A stretch of DNA of 64,000 nucleotides from Saccostrea cucullata (GCF_032062105.1 NW_026928881.1:186001-250000); one strand, 5' to 3'; numbered from the stretch's first letter, positions 1 through 14,900 are shown. Numbers and translations are program-made. The notes: generated by a model not told the origin, from the letters alone.

Positions 1-3000
1 ACAACTTTTCCCTACAGATGTTATAATTATTTACTTGCTTATTTTGAGCAGTTAAATTATAAATATGTAATGATGCTGCCACGACAGATGAGCACACTGT
101 TTACATTTCCAAGTTTAATTAAGATATTAAAGGTTTTCATGGATAAAAGTATCCAAAATCTCTTTAGCTCTGATCATATTGATGCAGCTACATCCTTTGA
201 ATCAAGAGAGCTTATTGGAATTTCCCAGGATCCAATACATGCTCCCTGCTGGCCAAAGTTTTCATGGTTGGTAATGAAGTGTTTTTTTTCCGAAGTTGTT
301 GCATGCTTGTGATCAATAAACAAAATCCTGCGTGTACATTTCCAATGTAATGAATATGTAAAGGAGACATTTACTGCAACGGACCTATTAAACATTGTTT
401 TATAGAATAATGTTACCTCACAATTTTCCTACAAACTAAAAAGTTTCTTTCTTAAGTAATCAATCATGAAACAGAATGGGACCATTTCTGAAGGGAAACA
501 CGTTATAATTACAGGTAGGACATCATTTTCTGAGAAAGTAGCATGGAGAGAGATCATATGATGTTATTAGATTTTTTTATTGACAAGTTTGGATATACAA
601 CTGAGGCATTTCCATTACGACAAGGTTAATGCCTCTTGTACATTAGAATTAATATCGAAATTAGGAAAGCACGTAAAATCAATTTATCTTAATAGATCTC
701 ATTTTTTTTTGACAATACAATCTTGATTATTTTAGAGATTTATGAATATGTATGACAATTTATAAGTAATTCTGCACTAGTGTCCACAAATAACACTATC
801 ATACATACAGTACTGTTTAACTCTACCAGAATATTTTTTTTTTTTACAATTATTAACAATTCCTTCCCTTTTCTCTATCCCCCCTAAGCCTCCCAGCTCT
901 TACATACTGGTATAACAAATAGGTCCATGCCCTACTTTGTTCAATAGTCCTCTGTAGATGTTGGTAAATTTATATGTTATTTAAATTTTAGTCTCCAGTA
1001 GGCCTAAAGCAAATAAAATTTAATCTTGATTTATAAATTAATGAATTAGTCAGACAATCAATTATTGGTAATTCTAGAGGCATTAGTGTCATTCCAAACA
1101 ATGGCATATGATTAAACAAACTAGAATCTGCACAACAATTGTTTACATATTGTTCTGACTTTCCTCTAGTTAAGAAGAGATTTTCAATGTAAAACTCAAC
1201 TTTTCAGAGGAATACAGTTGTTGTCGATATAGATAATTATAAAATCACGCATTGTCAGATAACCACAGCAATCTTCTCTTTTACCTATCACCCAGCAAAC
1301 TCGATAAAATATTCAATTGCCATAAAATATGTTAATTTATTGATAATAGACAACCAATCAGAAAGTTGCAACTCTTCAATTTTGAAAATATGCTAAATGC
1401 CATTATGACACTGTGCAGCAGCCAATCAAATGACCTACGCACATTAATTACAAAGAATTTTTTGGTGAGTTTGCCCACAAGCCATATGAGATTGACCTGT
1501 AGTTATCTGACAATGGAAATTATGTGACCTCTTTTACAAACAGACAAATAATTTATGAAGTCATTCTGTATGAGCTTGCCCTGCTATATACACAATACAA
1601 ATATAGACTTATAATGCCCCCAGTCTTGCCTTTGGAGTCTATGATTAAATCAACCTTTCATATGCTTCTCGCATAGTAGAGATTTACCAGATATTACCAG
1701 AAATATAAATATGCTCAAAAGGATGAAATTTTCATCTATCTAATAATAGTCATAGATATACTAGCAAAGTCAGTCTTGAATCGAATTAAATAACTTAATA
1801 TACAAATATGTACATATATCTCAGTACATGTAATAATTAAAACAAGGTAGGTTGCTGTCTTGGAGTTTGTATTTATAAGCATCAAATATTTATGCTACAC
1901 AGGGGCTTTAAGGCCAACATGATGGTCTTTATTATATACCTAATGCATATCACTCAATTTTAATGTTGATTTTAGGCAATAATAATAAGCAGAAAAGATT
2001 ATCTTTGGTTCTGAAACCATTGGTAAAAGCTCTGAGGAATTTTTAAAAAATCCTTCCAACTTTAATCTCTGATTTTTTGCCATATTGGCTATATGCACCT
2101 GACATTTCGAGATATGATTGGGAAAATCTTAATTTCCCCAGGGTATCCCTTTCCATAATCAACTTACCGCATAATTTGGATGCAGACATAAATTACATAA
2201 CATTCCCATCATCATGCATTTGCATGTATAAATTCTGAAATTTTTATTTCTGAAGGCATACATTTACTGTTCAACAGCAATTTCGAGATTTGGATTTTCC
2301 AATTTGGAAACAATTTTAACAGTCAGAAATTCATAAACAATGCTTACTATTTTGTTCTTGATTATAAAAATTAAATAATATAAATTACAAAAATTAAATA
2401 ATATAAAAACTTTCTAACAAAAATCATATAACAAAATGAAAGTTTTGATTATTGCAATATCAATTTCCCCTTTAAAGGCTTTTTAAGGGAATTTCAAGTG
2501 AACATCATGCAAAAAGTACATTTTTTCTGAGTTGTGTCACGCACAATATGAATTATATATAGCACTTACTCAATTACAACACGTACAAAAAAATCAATGC
2601 TGCAAATGCATCACTTCTGACCCACAGAAACTGTATCACTCAAATGGAATTTTAAATTACAAATTTGAATTAAAAAAGATAAAAATACATAATGTTCATC
2701 AAATATATATGCAAACCGAGGTTGTTTCCAACAAACAACAAAATAACTGGCAAAGTAATTGTCAATACTCTGTCTGAAAAAGATCTGCCACACACATAAA
2801 CCATGCAACAAACAGAATCCAAAAAAACATGCTGAATTAGAGAAAAAAAGGGTTTCGTGTTTGGCAAACTCTTACAGTAGCTTGGATGTTGACACAAGTA
2901 AGCTCAAATCAGTCATTGATTTTCATGTGCATTCATGTGAAGCAAAGTCAGTTACGATTCTCTCACAAATGCCCTGTCCGATAGATCAAGGGTATTGAGC

Positions 3001-4379
3001 TGACCCGAGTATTGACTAAAGGTGAAAATTATAGCCATTGTGAATCTGCGTTGAGTAACTTGGTCATCAATTTAAATTATGGATTTGTTTTGCTGACTTA
3101 ATGTTAAGTATGGGCTTCGGCTGTTGCTATCAATAATGGGGTGAGTGCGATGTAAAACTGTTAAAGACTTGTTTTTGCTTTTTTTGGTTTTGTTGCTTTC
3201 CTGTTCGTAATCTAAAAAAACCTAGACATTGGGCTTCTAAAAACTTTTTATATAAAACAGAAAGGATAAATGAAAATGTGAGGAATAACTACATTTTCAT
3301 GTTTTTACACTGTATTTTAGAAATTCCTAACAATTAATGTAAGAGTCTGAATTCAAATAGAACAAATTGGAATAGTGAACACACACTGCAGAGAATGGAG
3401 TGGGTGGGGGTGGGGGGTATGTATTTCTATGGTGAATGGCAAGTTGTCAGGACAGTGTATTTCTGTAAAGTCATCACTTTGGTAAATTGAGCTTTCGATT
3501 AAGCTAATACAAAAATTTCTTATCAAAACATTCCATACTATTATGACCAGAAGATATACAGTCTAAAGTTTAATTCAAATTAAGGCTTTAAATTCTTGAG
3601 AGATTTCACTCAACATATATTTCTTCTTATGCCATTCCATGGAAACTGCAATATGTACAATGAATCACATAGATTAAATTCTCTACGGGATCGATTTAAA
3701 ACGAAATAACTAGAAAAAGCATGCCTTTTTGTAAGCTTTATCTAAAGCTCTCTCCATCTCTCTCTCTTTTGATAAACTAAAAAACTTTAATGATATATAT
3801 TCCCAGTAGTCAATTACTTAGATGTATAGCACATGTTACTTTAATTACTGTCAGGATATAATCAAATTACAGATTTTATACCAGCACAGGGTAGAGCCCA
3901 TTCAGATTTGGATAATGTAAGATTTGTTATTGTTTGAACAATAATAAGTACCATTAATCAAGAACACTAAACAGGCTGCTTTACAACCTTTATTCTGATA
4001 CTTTACCTATAACATGTGAGTAACCAGAGCATATAATTTTCAGGGTGTATTATCCTTCAATGCTACATCTTGGCAACTCTTTGTTGGGCTTGCAATCTCT
4101 TTTGAACATGTTGAAATGAACCTCTTTCAAAAATTTTAACATTAATATATAGGGCACATGCAACATCAAGCAACATTACTTGTATCTGTTATATACAAAT
4201 ACATAAAAGTTTGGTCCATTTTAAGATTTATGCTTACTCCAGATATTAACAGCTGGAGAAATGTAAACAATTTGTGTGATATTGTAACAGCTTTAACTGA
4301 CTACATAGTTCAGCAGACATTAAAAAATGTAAAACATAGAGTGATAGACCTGTAGTCAAAGATTATAAAGTTCATCATA

Positions 4380-5015
4380 CATGCAAGTTTTGTCTAGGTA
4401 GATCTAAAGTTTCTTGAGAATAGACCTGCTCCAAAAAAATTAACTGGTCACTCATCTGGAAAATATGTCAGATCCAGCATCCAGAGTAAAATGGTTAGCA
4501 TCAATCCCTTGATGAATGATATAAGCAAGTTTGGTCCAGGTAGTGCTTGCCAATGTATATTACTTGGGAACTGACCTGCTCAAAAAATTTAACCTGGTCA
4601 CTCATCTAAATATCATCATCAGACCCAGCATCCAAAACAAGTAGTGTCCATCTCTTACTAGATGCATCAAACAAGCAAGTTAAGTATTGGTAAGGTATAT
4701 AGTTACTTGGGAATAAACCTGCTCTAAAAACTTTAACCTGGTCTCTCAATCTCATCTTGAAAATGTAGGTCAGACCTAGCATCCGAAGCAAGTCTGTTGC
4801 TGTCCATCCCTAGGTACATCATTCATGCAAGTTTAGTCCAGGTAAGGCTTAAAATTACATGGGAATGGACTTGCTCTAATAACTTGAACTGGATCACCGA
4901 GACTAACACCAACAATATAATGAAGGTGAGCTAAAAATAAACAAGTTGACAAACTGGGGTGTGGATCAAAAGAATCAGAAACCTTTACTTGAAGCTTTGG
5001 CTCAGGTGATTTAAA
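4380..5015 (-). mobile_element. Degenerate Helentron-derived HINE with about four ~148-bp tandem units
   Basis: AACCTGGTCACTCATCT-like motif recurs near 4442, 4591, 4736 and 4887. The right end GGCTCAGGTGATTTAAAA is the reverse complement of the HINE head seen at 33311. Confidence 0.65.
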
Positions 5016-5024
5016 AAACACACA

Positions 5025-5211
5025 CAGTGGACCTTCAGATATCCGGATGCCAGATATCCGGATGCTTCAGTATCCGGACGATTTTTCATCGGAACGGATT
5101 TTTAAAATTTCATATTGTCTTGTTTAACTGTTGATTCAGGTATCCGGACGCTTCACATATCCGGACAAATTGACTGGGAACCAAAGCGTCCGGATAAATG
5201 AGGCTCCACTG
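5025..5211. mobile_element. Tc1/mariner(pogo)-type MITE
   Basis: Termini CAGTGGA...TCCACTG followed by TA; multiple internal TATCCGGA motifs. Confidence 0.75.
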
Positions 5212-5799
5212 TATATATCATGCAATATGAAAGAGTGGACATTAAATTCCCAAGTATAAACATCAGAAACCTTCCATGCTTAATATTAATTGACAACTTT
5301 GTTTCATTCTATGCTTGTAATATACAAGATAGTGATACCCAAATATGTATGCTAACAAAAATAAATTCAAGAGCATCCCATTTGAATGTAGTATGCTACC
5401 TATATTTGTATATAAACACAAGTTTTATTCTGACTGATTTTTAAAGTCTACGGCATTATCCTGATTTATTTAAGTATTTATCATAAGTGGCTTAACTCAT
5501 GGAGAAACGTAAGCCATATATCCATGTATACACAGAAGATATACAAAGAAAATACATGTGTAAAGAAATTTTAACTTTAATTCAAAACAAACGTAACCTA
5601 CACTAAGTAAAATTAATCCTTGTACACAACCTAAGTTTAATTAAAACAATAAATCAAAAAACGCCATCAGGTCATCTTTTATATGGATTACAACGACCTT
5701 GACATGCAATGCACACATATCAAGTGTTCCAATTTCCCCCCAAAGTTAACCGTCAAGTGAGGTACAATTGACATTTGTTTTTTTCTGATCAATATAACA

Positions 5800-5987
5800 A
5801 TGTTTGGCTCCTTATCTTCTGTAGTGAGTGAGGAGGGGGAGAATGGATCCACAACTCACCGGCGGAGATATAAAATCAAAGAGAGAAGAGCCATGAGGAA
5901 CAGATATCAGAAAGTCCCAACATATGCTTTAGGTCCCGATAAAGATATTCTTAATTATGCCTATGGATCAGAGACCAATCTTGAAAG
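5800..5987 (+). CDS. KCNT1/KCNT2: KCNT alternative first coding exon 1a ([16 protein letters not shown]...GSETNLE-R)
   Basis: ATG-initiated ORF ending AG|GTGAGC in phase 2, which splices in frame onto the exon at 17088. No recognisable homology. Confidence 0.6.
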
Positions 5988-8900
5988 GTGAGCATTAATA
6001 TTTCATTAATTAAACTAGGTAACAGGAGAACTGAATTTTTTGGGAAAAGCAGAAACTTACTTCATCACACTTAAATGGTACTATATCTAATTTAGATCTA
6101 CAGATGCATTCAAAACCAGGATTCAGATACCATCATACATGTTGTCTGGAGATCTGATACAGATCCTTTTTACCATATTTTTTTTAATACACATGTATAT
6201 TAAATCTAGAATACTGTACAAAAACTCATCTCAGAAAATTAACTCATTGTAGATAAAGATTACATATTCTAATGAAAACTATTGACTTTTCTGGCAGCCA
6301 GGGTAATTATCAACAGTAAATTTCATACTCAGCCTGATGAAATGCCTTGGTAGCTTTTTAAACATTTGTAATGAATTAATCATGAAGGTTCAAATTCAAG
6401 TAATGTACTCATTAGTTCTTCTGTATTTCTGTGTGATGATACTTTTTTAAAAATCCTCATTTTCCAGGCACATGGTATATACTATTTTGTTCATCTAAAA
6501 TTAAGACAGTAACTTTTGTTTTATGTAGATATATTTCTTAAGTTTAACCCATAGATATATTTCTTAAGTTTAACCCATACCAAAAGTGTGCAATATAATA
6601 AACTTACCTATTTCTGGGGCATACTCTGGATGTATCTCTCTCCCCTTCACCATTCTTTCTGCCACCCTCCATGGAGATTCTTTGAGGGGATAGTTGAAAT
6701 CTAGCCTGTACTTTTTCTGTAGCTCACTGACAACATCCTCTTTGTCTCTCTGAGTCTTTTCCCTTACCAGGCCTGAGTTGTCTTCCCTTGCTACAGGAAG
6801 ACCTTTGTTATCTGTCTGGATTATCTCCCCTTTGATGTCGGGCTCCAGTATTTTGTAGGAAACAAACAGAATAAAGATGACTGTTAAGCAGACAAGAACT
6901 CTCCATTTCCTTCTCATGGTAATGACTTCATTGTAGGTTGGTCTGCCAGAGTTGTCCCTCTTTCACCTGGCAATCAAAATTCAGGATTTTAACTAATGAT
7001 ATCAATATGCACAATACAATGTAATTCACATAAGGATATAAAATTGTAAGTACACAGTACACTATAGATAGATAAAGCTTTTGCAGACAGCAGGTGCCAG
7101 GTCGTGGTGGTCTGGAGACTTCACCTTGTACACTATTGATAAGACACTCATCCACTTTGTCTGTAAAAGTGATTAGACAACATTGACTTTATCTGAATGT
7201 CCGACTTTTTTGGGGTTCATTAAAAGACTGCCTCCTACCAGAATTATTGTTTGGTTTAGCATTTATATGTATGTCATTGTACTATTAAGCATTTAATCAG
7301 GAAAAAAGGACAGACAAAATGTGTCAGCATAAATCAAAGGTTTTTACAATGCTTGGATCTGCAGCTGTCTGCTTTATCTGTGCAGATTTTCTCAAGCAGA
7401 GATCAAGCTATAATTCTGCAGGTAGCTCAAATTTTCTGTGCAATATCATTTAAAAGGTCTAGATGGTGTACACCTTAAGTTTTCACTTTTGCACTTGACT
7501 GAGGAAAAATGTACACCAGAGGCCTGTTCAAGAGAGCGAACGTTTGCATGCGCTTGCCAAAATTCCTTATACCTTGAATAAAAATGTTAGCGAGTGCTCG
7601 CTCTGTTGAAAAGGCCTCAGTTGTAAGGTGTAGACATGCAATCCAAGCATGCCCATAGTGAAACATGTACCTGGGTAATCAATATATTAGGCAATTTAAA
7701 AAGTATCTGTATTAAATTAAAGATTTTTAGAATATTATTTGAAACACTGAAATAGCCTATAATTAATAAATTCAAATAAAATTATCGATCTTCATATTCA
7801 TCAGTCTAGTTCACACTTTGCATGACCAGATCGCTTTTTACTGGATCTTTTTGTTATATATAAAATTCGTACCTCTGACCAGTTTGTATATATAATGTAT
7901 ATATATAATGCTTGAACCCCATGTATCAATCTTGGTTTGGATGAATAAAATGAACTTGAAATTGGGTCAGTCAGGTATAGATCTATAATTTCTTAAAATA
8001 TAACAATGTTCAGTCTAATGTCAACTTGACTCGAGTATAACACTCTAATAGAGTTCAACTCGTATGCAAGAAGAAGAAGATTAGGTTGTTCTAGGCCTAT
8101 ACTGCCTAGCTTAATTAATATAAATATATGATAATCAAAATATCTTCATCATTTTCACATACAATCATAAGGGATTTGTATTAAAGGTCAATAAAGGAAC
8201 TGTTTTGCAAAATACATCATGATAAAATCAATGCAGTTGTATCTCTTATCACCTTATTTTCTCTGATCAAAATATTATAACAAAGTTGTTAATCACAAAT
8301 AAAAACCGAGGAAATTCGAACCATTCGTAAGTTGCCACTTTCAAGTTCTGTGATTTATTGTTATTTCATATGCTAGCTCACTTTATGCCATTGAGATTTT
8401 CATCATTTTGATTTTTTACCATATTTGGTAGGAGTTTTTCTCCAGTATTCATCCTCAGAGCAGACTCTCCATCGAAAAACAAAAACTGACCAGTTTGCAC
8501 ATAAAATTATACAAAACGAAAAAATGGCAAACAATGTTGCAAAATACTCCATGAACACATATTTAAAGACACTTCTATTTATTTCTCAAGAGTGTTTTTC
8601 TAATCATCATTCCTTTAATCATGACGATTACTTCAATATTTTAATGGACCGCGTGCTTTGAACATTTCTACAGTATTCGTTGCGATAAATGACAGCTCCT
8701 AAAAATCAATAATTCAAGATTTGATGCTGCAGCTGAGAATGGATAGATACAAAAATGTTTGAAGATGACATGGAATTTACGGATTCCTATTCACAAGTTC
8801 CTCCATTACCACCGAGATATAGGTTCAGGGATCTCATCTGGGGGGAATCTGGTCACCATGGTCAAAATGATGACAGGTTAGTCTTAGTTTGAATGGAAGA

Positions 8901-11900
8901 TGCCTTTGACGTTTTATCAGCAACTATTTTAGTATTTATAAACAGACCTACAAATTGGATTTACAGTTAATCGGGAAAAACTCTAAAAATGAATTTACTT
9001 ATATTTCACTTCAGTAGGATTTGTTTTTAAAATGAGATTTTCTTTAACATATGCTTATTTATTTTGCCTTATTAAAATACATAGGCCTAGTGATAAAATT
9101 TCAGATTTCAAAATAATTGAGTTGCTCGCAGACTTCCAGAAATCAATAATTTTATCTATAATGAATAATTTAAATAGTGGAAGTTAAATCAGAACTGATT
9201 ATATTCATTGTCATAGGAACATGTATGGAACACGTCAACATAACATGAAGTAATATAAAATTTATTTAATGTATATTTATCAAGGCTGAATACGCAAGTT
9301 TCGAGATTATCTCCCTTGGTGCGCTCTTTCGTTGAGGAGGGGAGTTTCGTTGCCGCGTAAACAGACAGGTGGGACAGATATTTATTATTGGATACATTGC
9401 ATCATCGATATACTGGTTTATCATAACTACATGATTGTCAGGATGCACTCTACAACTCGAGAATAACCGAATTAATGTAAAAAGACATTTTTAATGCAAA
9501 AAAATCGTAACAAAAAAAGAAAATGTCAGTGGATGTGAGACTTTTCAAACGAGGGAAGAGATATGGACCTCTAATAAATACGGTACACATGCATCCATCT
9601 GATCATTGCACATCGGCAATCTAATTGATACGTTGATTCTTTTCCTTATTATAATTTTAAAAAACCCACTAACTTTTTATAAAATGTTTGTACAATTAAG
9701 AAATCAGTTACTTTTTATAGAGACTACGACGTTTCTTTCGTTTTCAAGTACATATAATTTAAAGTAGATTTGTAAATATGCATAGTTGAGCTTGATAAAA
9801 TCATCAAATACATCACTGCTTAACAATATTATCGTTCTATAACATTTAATAAATTTTAAAAGCCATAAATATCGTTCATTTATTAATGCACATTTGTATA
9901 CAGTAGCAATCTGTCCCACCCCCATGCTGAAATGGATACTTTTTGCGCGGATCTATCGTAGAAGAGTTACAATCTCAAAACTCGCGTATTGAATGATTCC
10001 ACATCTTGTTGAACTTATAATATTTACAAATATTTACATTTTCAATGTCTTTGTCCAAGATAAAATTACAAATAGTAAAAATACTTTATTTCTACATAAA
10101 TCTTCTGGTTTATAGACAGGTGCGGTTAAAAAAAAATCATGTGTGTGGCAGGACAAAATGAGACAAAAGTGGGGCTTATAGCACTTAAAATTTGCGGAAT
10201 CAAGAGCATGTAAATACGAGGGTTGATCCAAAAGTTCGTGGAATTTCTTCATATCTTATTTATTTTTCAGTGGAATTGGTTGAAAATTACAAATAAAAAT
10301 ATAGACACTAGATGAAAATTTTAGATTAAAAAACATTTTAAGTATCTTTGATAGTAACTTTATGGCAGTTGCCATAGAAACGGTTGTTAGGAAAGGCGGG
10401 GGAGACATTAACGCGTTTATTATCATATATATTCTGAATTCGTGAAATAAGAATTAAACCGCCCTACGTGGTATAAAAACGAAAACTATGTCATAATTAT
10501 GATTGTTTGATCTTTTATAAACCTGTGTGTGAGAGTTTTACTGATTTTACTGGATATTTAGTTTATAAGCTGATGGTTTATTGTTCATCTCTAAGTTGTA
10601 ACATAACGTAAAATTTCGGTCAAGTCACACGTTTTGTGAAAATCCCGGAAGCACTCTATCTTAAACGCGTGTATCATTGACATAAGCTTGGGGAAAATGC
10701 ATTTAGTTACTAGTTTTCCAGTGGCATAAGAAGTTTAAGAAAAATAGAACTTCCATGGACATTGATAAAGTATGTGGTCGCTTTTCAGAGTCTCTGTTTA
10801 CGTACGTATCCCCCTAGAAAAATTAAAAGCGTTAATGGATGTTGTTGGCTGTGGCACTGTTCTTGACATTGCTACTGAAGTTGAACATTATATGGAAAGA
10901 TGGGTAGCTTTTTTTGAAATATGAGTAAAAAATGAAGATAAGTTGGTGCAAGAGGATGCCCAGGCTTTTCTTGAGAGAAAAAAATGGAGAAAAGGGCAGC
11001 ATTTTGTAGAATTACGTATTATAATTGGACATTTGGGCGAGATGCTTCTATAACGTGACGTGACATATCTAACTTGACGTTACGTTGAAGTCTCCCCCGG
11101 GTTTCCCAACTATCCATTTTCAGAAAGCTCGTGTGACCTTATTGGTAATTGGAAAGTGGCGAAATTTTCCAGTATTGTTGCGTTATGACTCTATTTTTTG
11201 AATATGCCTGTTGCTTAATTTCATCAAATCACGATAAAATTTTAGAAAGAAATTCCACGAACTTTTGGATCAACCCTCGTATAATTAAGGAATAACTGTC
11301 AGATTTTTTGGTTTCATGACAATGATCAATCGACTTGCATGATAATTGCATAAACAACTTTGGGAAACGACTTTACCGGTCCCCAGAAAAATGCGCTAAA
11401 ATGTAGTGTCGCCAAAGGCGACTTCAGTATATATGAGATTGCGTGAGTGATAAAAAAATTAATTTACAACGTTTTTTTAGCCTTTTGACCTCAAAACTGA
11501 AATCTATGGTCAAAAATTTAGTTTAAAACTTCATTTTTAAATGAAGTTTTTAACCTCTTTCTCTGAAAAAATTAATGAATAATGTTTATTCATTGAAAAA
11601 ATCGACAAAATATAATTGTCAATGAAGCGTGTGTGGCGCATGTTTAGTGTCATTTCTTTCATACTTAACCTTTGCATGTAAACAAACCAACAAAATGCTG
11701 TTGATGCTGAATTGTGATATTAAAAAATTACAGAAGCACCTGAATTTCTTAATTTATCTAAAAGAACGAATCACTAATCCTAATCTCTCCTATGGTATGC
11801 AAGGACTAAGACGTTTCTACGACGAAATCTCACAGGCAGATGCTAGACTAACTCTAATCAGTCAAATAATGTGCAAAGATGAACCCTTATCTCTGGGATG

Positions 11901-14900
11901 GGTGCGAGACTTAACCTTAATCAGCCAAATACTTGTGCAAGGACTAACCCTAATCTCTCAGGTGGGTGCAAGAGCAGCAAGACTAACCCTAATCAGTTGA
12001 AAAGTGTGCAAGACTAACCCTTATCAGTTGAGTGATGTAAATGTTATGTCATAGTCCAGTGAGCGCGAGGATCTTGCGGATCTGGGCATCGGTAAAGTAA
12101 AGTCTACCCGCCTTTGGCATTTATGCGAATTATCACGTAAGCCACTCGATTGATCACATCATTGTTACTTACCGGGTCATCAGACAACAGAACCGAATTA
12201 ATGGAGTTGAGCATTGTGGCCCATAGGCCTTGTTTTCTATTCATATTTCCAACAGAGATGAATTAATTTAATGCTGGTAAACTAAGTTTAAGTATAAACA
12301 CGAACATGTTTAAATATTTATCATAGTTTTGATGAAGGAAGACAACTTTCTTCTTCAATGAATCCTCTTTTTTTTTTTTGAACAATTTCCGCAGCTTTTT
12401 CCTCTGGCCTTTCTTCAAAGCTCCTCCTGTTGATTCTTCAATTTTCTTTTCAACAGTGTTTTGTTTCTTTGCTTATTTATCTTTAAGACATTCTAGATAT
12501 TTTCCTTACCACTGATACCTTTTGGACCAAAACATTTATAAGCACTAGAGTAATTCATTGTACATGCAGAATCCTGATTCATGATCTTTTAAAGTAACAT
12601 CCCATGCAGTTTTGTGCTTTATCACCTTGATAGTCCAGTTTGCCATTTAGAGCATCCTCAGTTAGTCCAGAAAGACAATGGCTAATTTTCGTAAAATGTT
12701 AGAGACTCCGAGTCATCAACTCAACATGATTACTGAATCAGATACTGCTGATTTCAAAGACTGTTAATTGATGGTCGTGTTACCTTTAAGGCTTTTAATG
12801 TTCATGGGATTTCTCTCTCTGTTCATTTACAGAATCACAAGTAATTATCCCAAAGTTCAATGGTGCAGAAATTACTGGAAAATTTCAAAATGAATGTGTG
12901 TACTTCAGAGACAAGTCCTAAATTCTATATAACAGCATAGAATGTTAATGAAAATTTGAATTTTTTAATATTAAATTAACACAATTTAAAGTATTTAGAT
13001 AATAAAGTAAGTGATTTTATCCCAATAAGTGTTATTTAGAAGAGACATTTTGAAACATTTTGACAAATAAATTTGCTTAAAGTGTGACAGATTAACTATA
13101 TGCATTAGATATTGATTATAGATATAAAATTAATTATTGTAGGTCAGATAACTCTGACAAATCAATTTCTGAGCCGCAAATGAACAATGCTAGTATTTTT
13201 TTTTTCAATACGAATGTAATTTTCTCAGACAAATTATTTTAGTGCCTACAATAGATCAATACTTTTGGTTCATTTAATCTAGGGAATTCCATCAGGAAGT
13301 GATGTAATAAATTACAACTCTGAAATGGCAAATTGAAGAAAAAAATAAACTAGGTTTTGAATTATGAATAGTCTAGGAGTACTGATGTTGTCAAGGTGTT
13401 ATGATACATTGTAATGTTATTTTCTAAATTAAGTTACTTATTTTTATTTCACTTGATCATCAGTAACATTACACTACAGTGAATTTTGGACAAATTCATG
13501 GTTTTATAGTTTAAAATTTGTGTCATCCCCATTAGAAGAAAGAAGGCTTTGAAAAAAAAGACCATTTTCTTAGAATCTTCATTATAATCATGATTATAAC
13601 TGTAATTTTGTAAAATCTTGACATCCTTCATATATGGAAAATAAATTTTCTTTTTAATTATTTGAAAACTGCAATGTTGATTTATCATTTATTATATATG
13701 ACTACATTGAAGTTTTGAGTTGATCGAAATCCTTTTTTTTTTTTCAAATCATCGCAAACCAAAAATGTCATTAAAAGTATCAATTTAACTAGCTTAGGTT
13801 AAAAATATCAATTTGAATTTCGTTTTTTAAAATATTTAAGAAATGTAGCAAAAGATGTATTCTATCTGGTCTATATATATGCATAATATTTAAAATGCTG
13901 ACTTTTCTAAAGATTTTTGATTCAGGAATAAAAGCATCCACCCTTTAAAAAAAAGTTCATTTATAGAAGGGATGTAAATTTCCCTCTGCAAATAAAGAGG
14001 AAAATCTTGTTAAAATGTTGTAGCTGTATGCTTAATATTTTATATTTTCCACAAGTGGCAGTTGTTTTTATCACAATAGAATATTGATTTTGCATTTAAA
14101 ATGATCAATCTGTAAATGTAATAGCACTAAATTAAGTGCTTAAAATGTTTGTCTAGTATTTAATGCAAGGATGCTCTAGCTGCATGTTGTCCTCTGTCTT
14201 CAAAAGTTAAAGATTTTTTGTTATTCCTAACAACAATAAACACATTGCTGTTATAGAAAACTTCATGCCTGCATAATCATTGATGACAATGATGTCTAAT
14301 TTTCAGAAATTATTGAAGTCAATAGTCTATTCATTTCAAAGCTTTCCTGCAGCACGATATATAAAGCCAAGAGAGTGTGTATATACACTGGCTGTATAGC
14401 TGCTATATGTTCTCAGGTGGAAAAAATAACAACAGAAAGCTATATAACATAGATCTCCTAGGATGTCTCTTCACTGCATTGACAGCTGCTTGTGACTTCG
14501 TCAATATCAGATTGATTATAAGAGGCCATTTTGCACGATATAGGACAATTTAAAATTCCTGCGCTTTTGACAGCAGTTAATGGGATGCTAGAGAAGTGAA
14601 AGCTTCACTTTCGTGGATAGAAAAAAATGTGAAAAATGAAGTGGTACCACAATAATTTAATGTCTTTGCCAGAAGGTACCCATAGTCAGGAATACAGTTT
14701 GTTGTTGCAGTGGGGGATTTAAAGGCTTTCCTGGCAATTAGTTTGTAAATGAGTCTTTGATTTTTAGTTGTCAATGCAAAGAATTACTTTTATTTGATGG
14801 GGAAATCAAACTTGAGTGAAAGCACGGCTGCTGTCATGTTCTATCACAAAGTGTGATTTCCTGAGAAATCTTAGTTGTGAAAGAGGAAATATTTCTGGTG

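Noticed and set aside
466-520. ATG-initiated mini ORF ending at CAG|GTAGGA as another KCNT first exon
   Set aside because: The donor is phase 1 relative to the ATG, incompatible with exon 2.
11629-12000. 123-aa ORF
   Set aside because: Held open by a minisatellite; non-ATG start.
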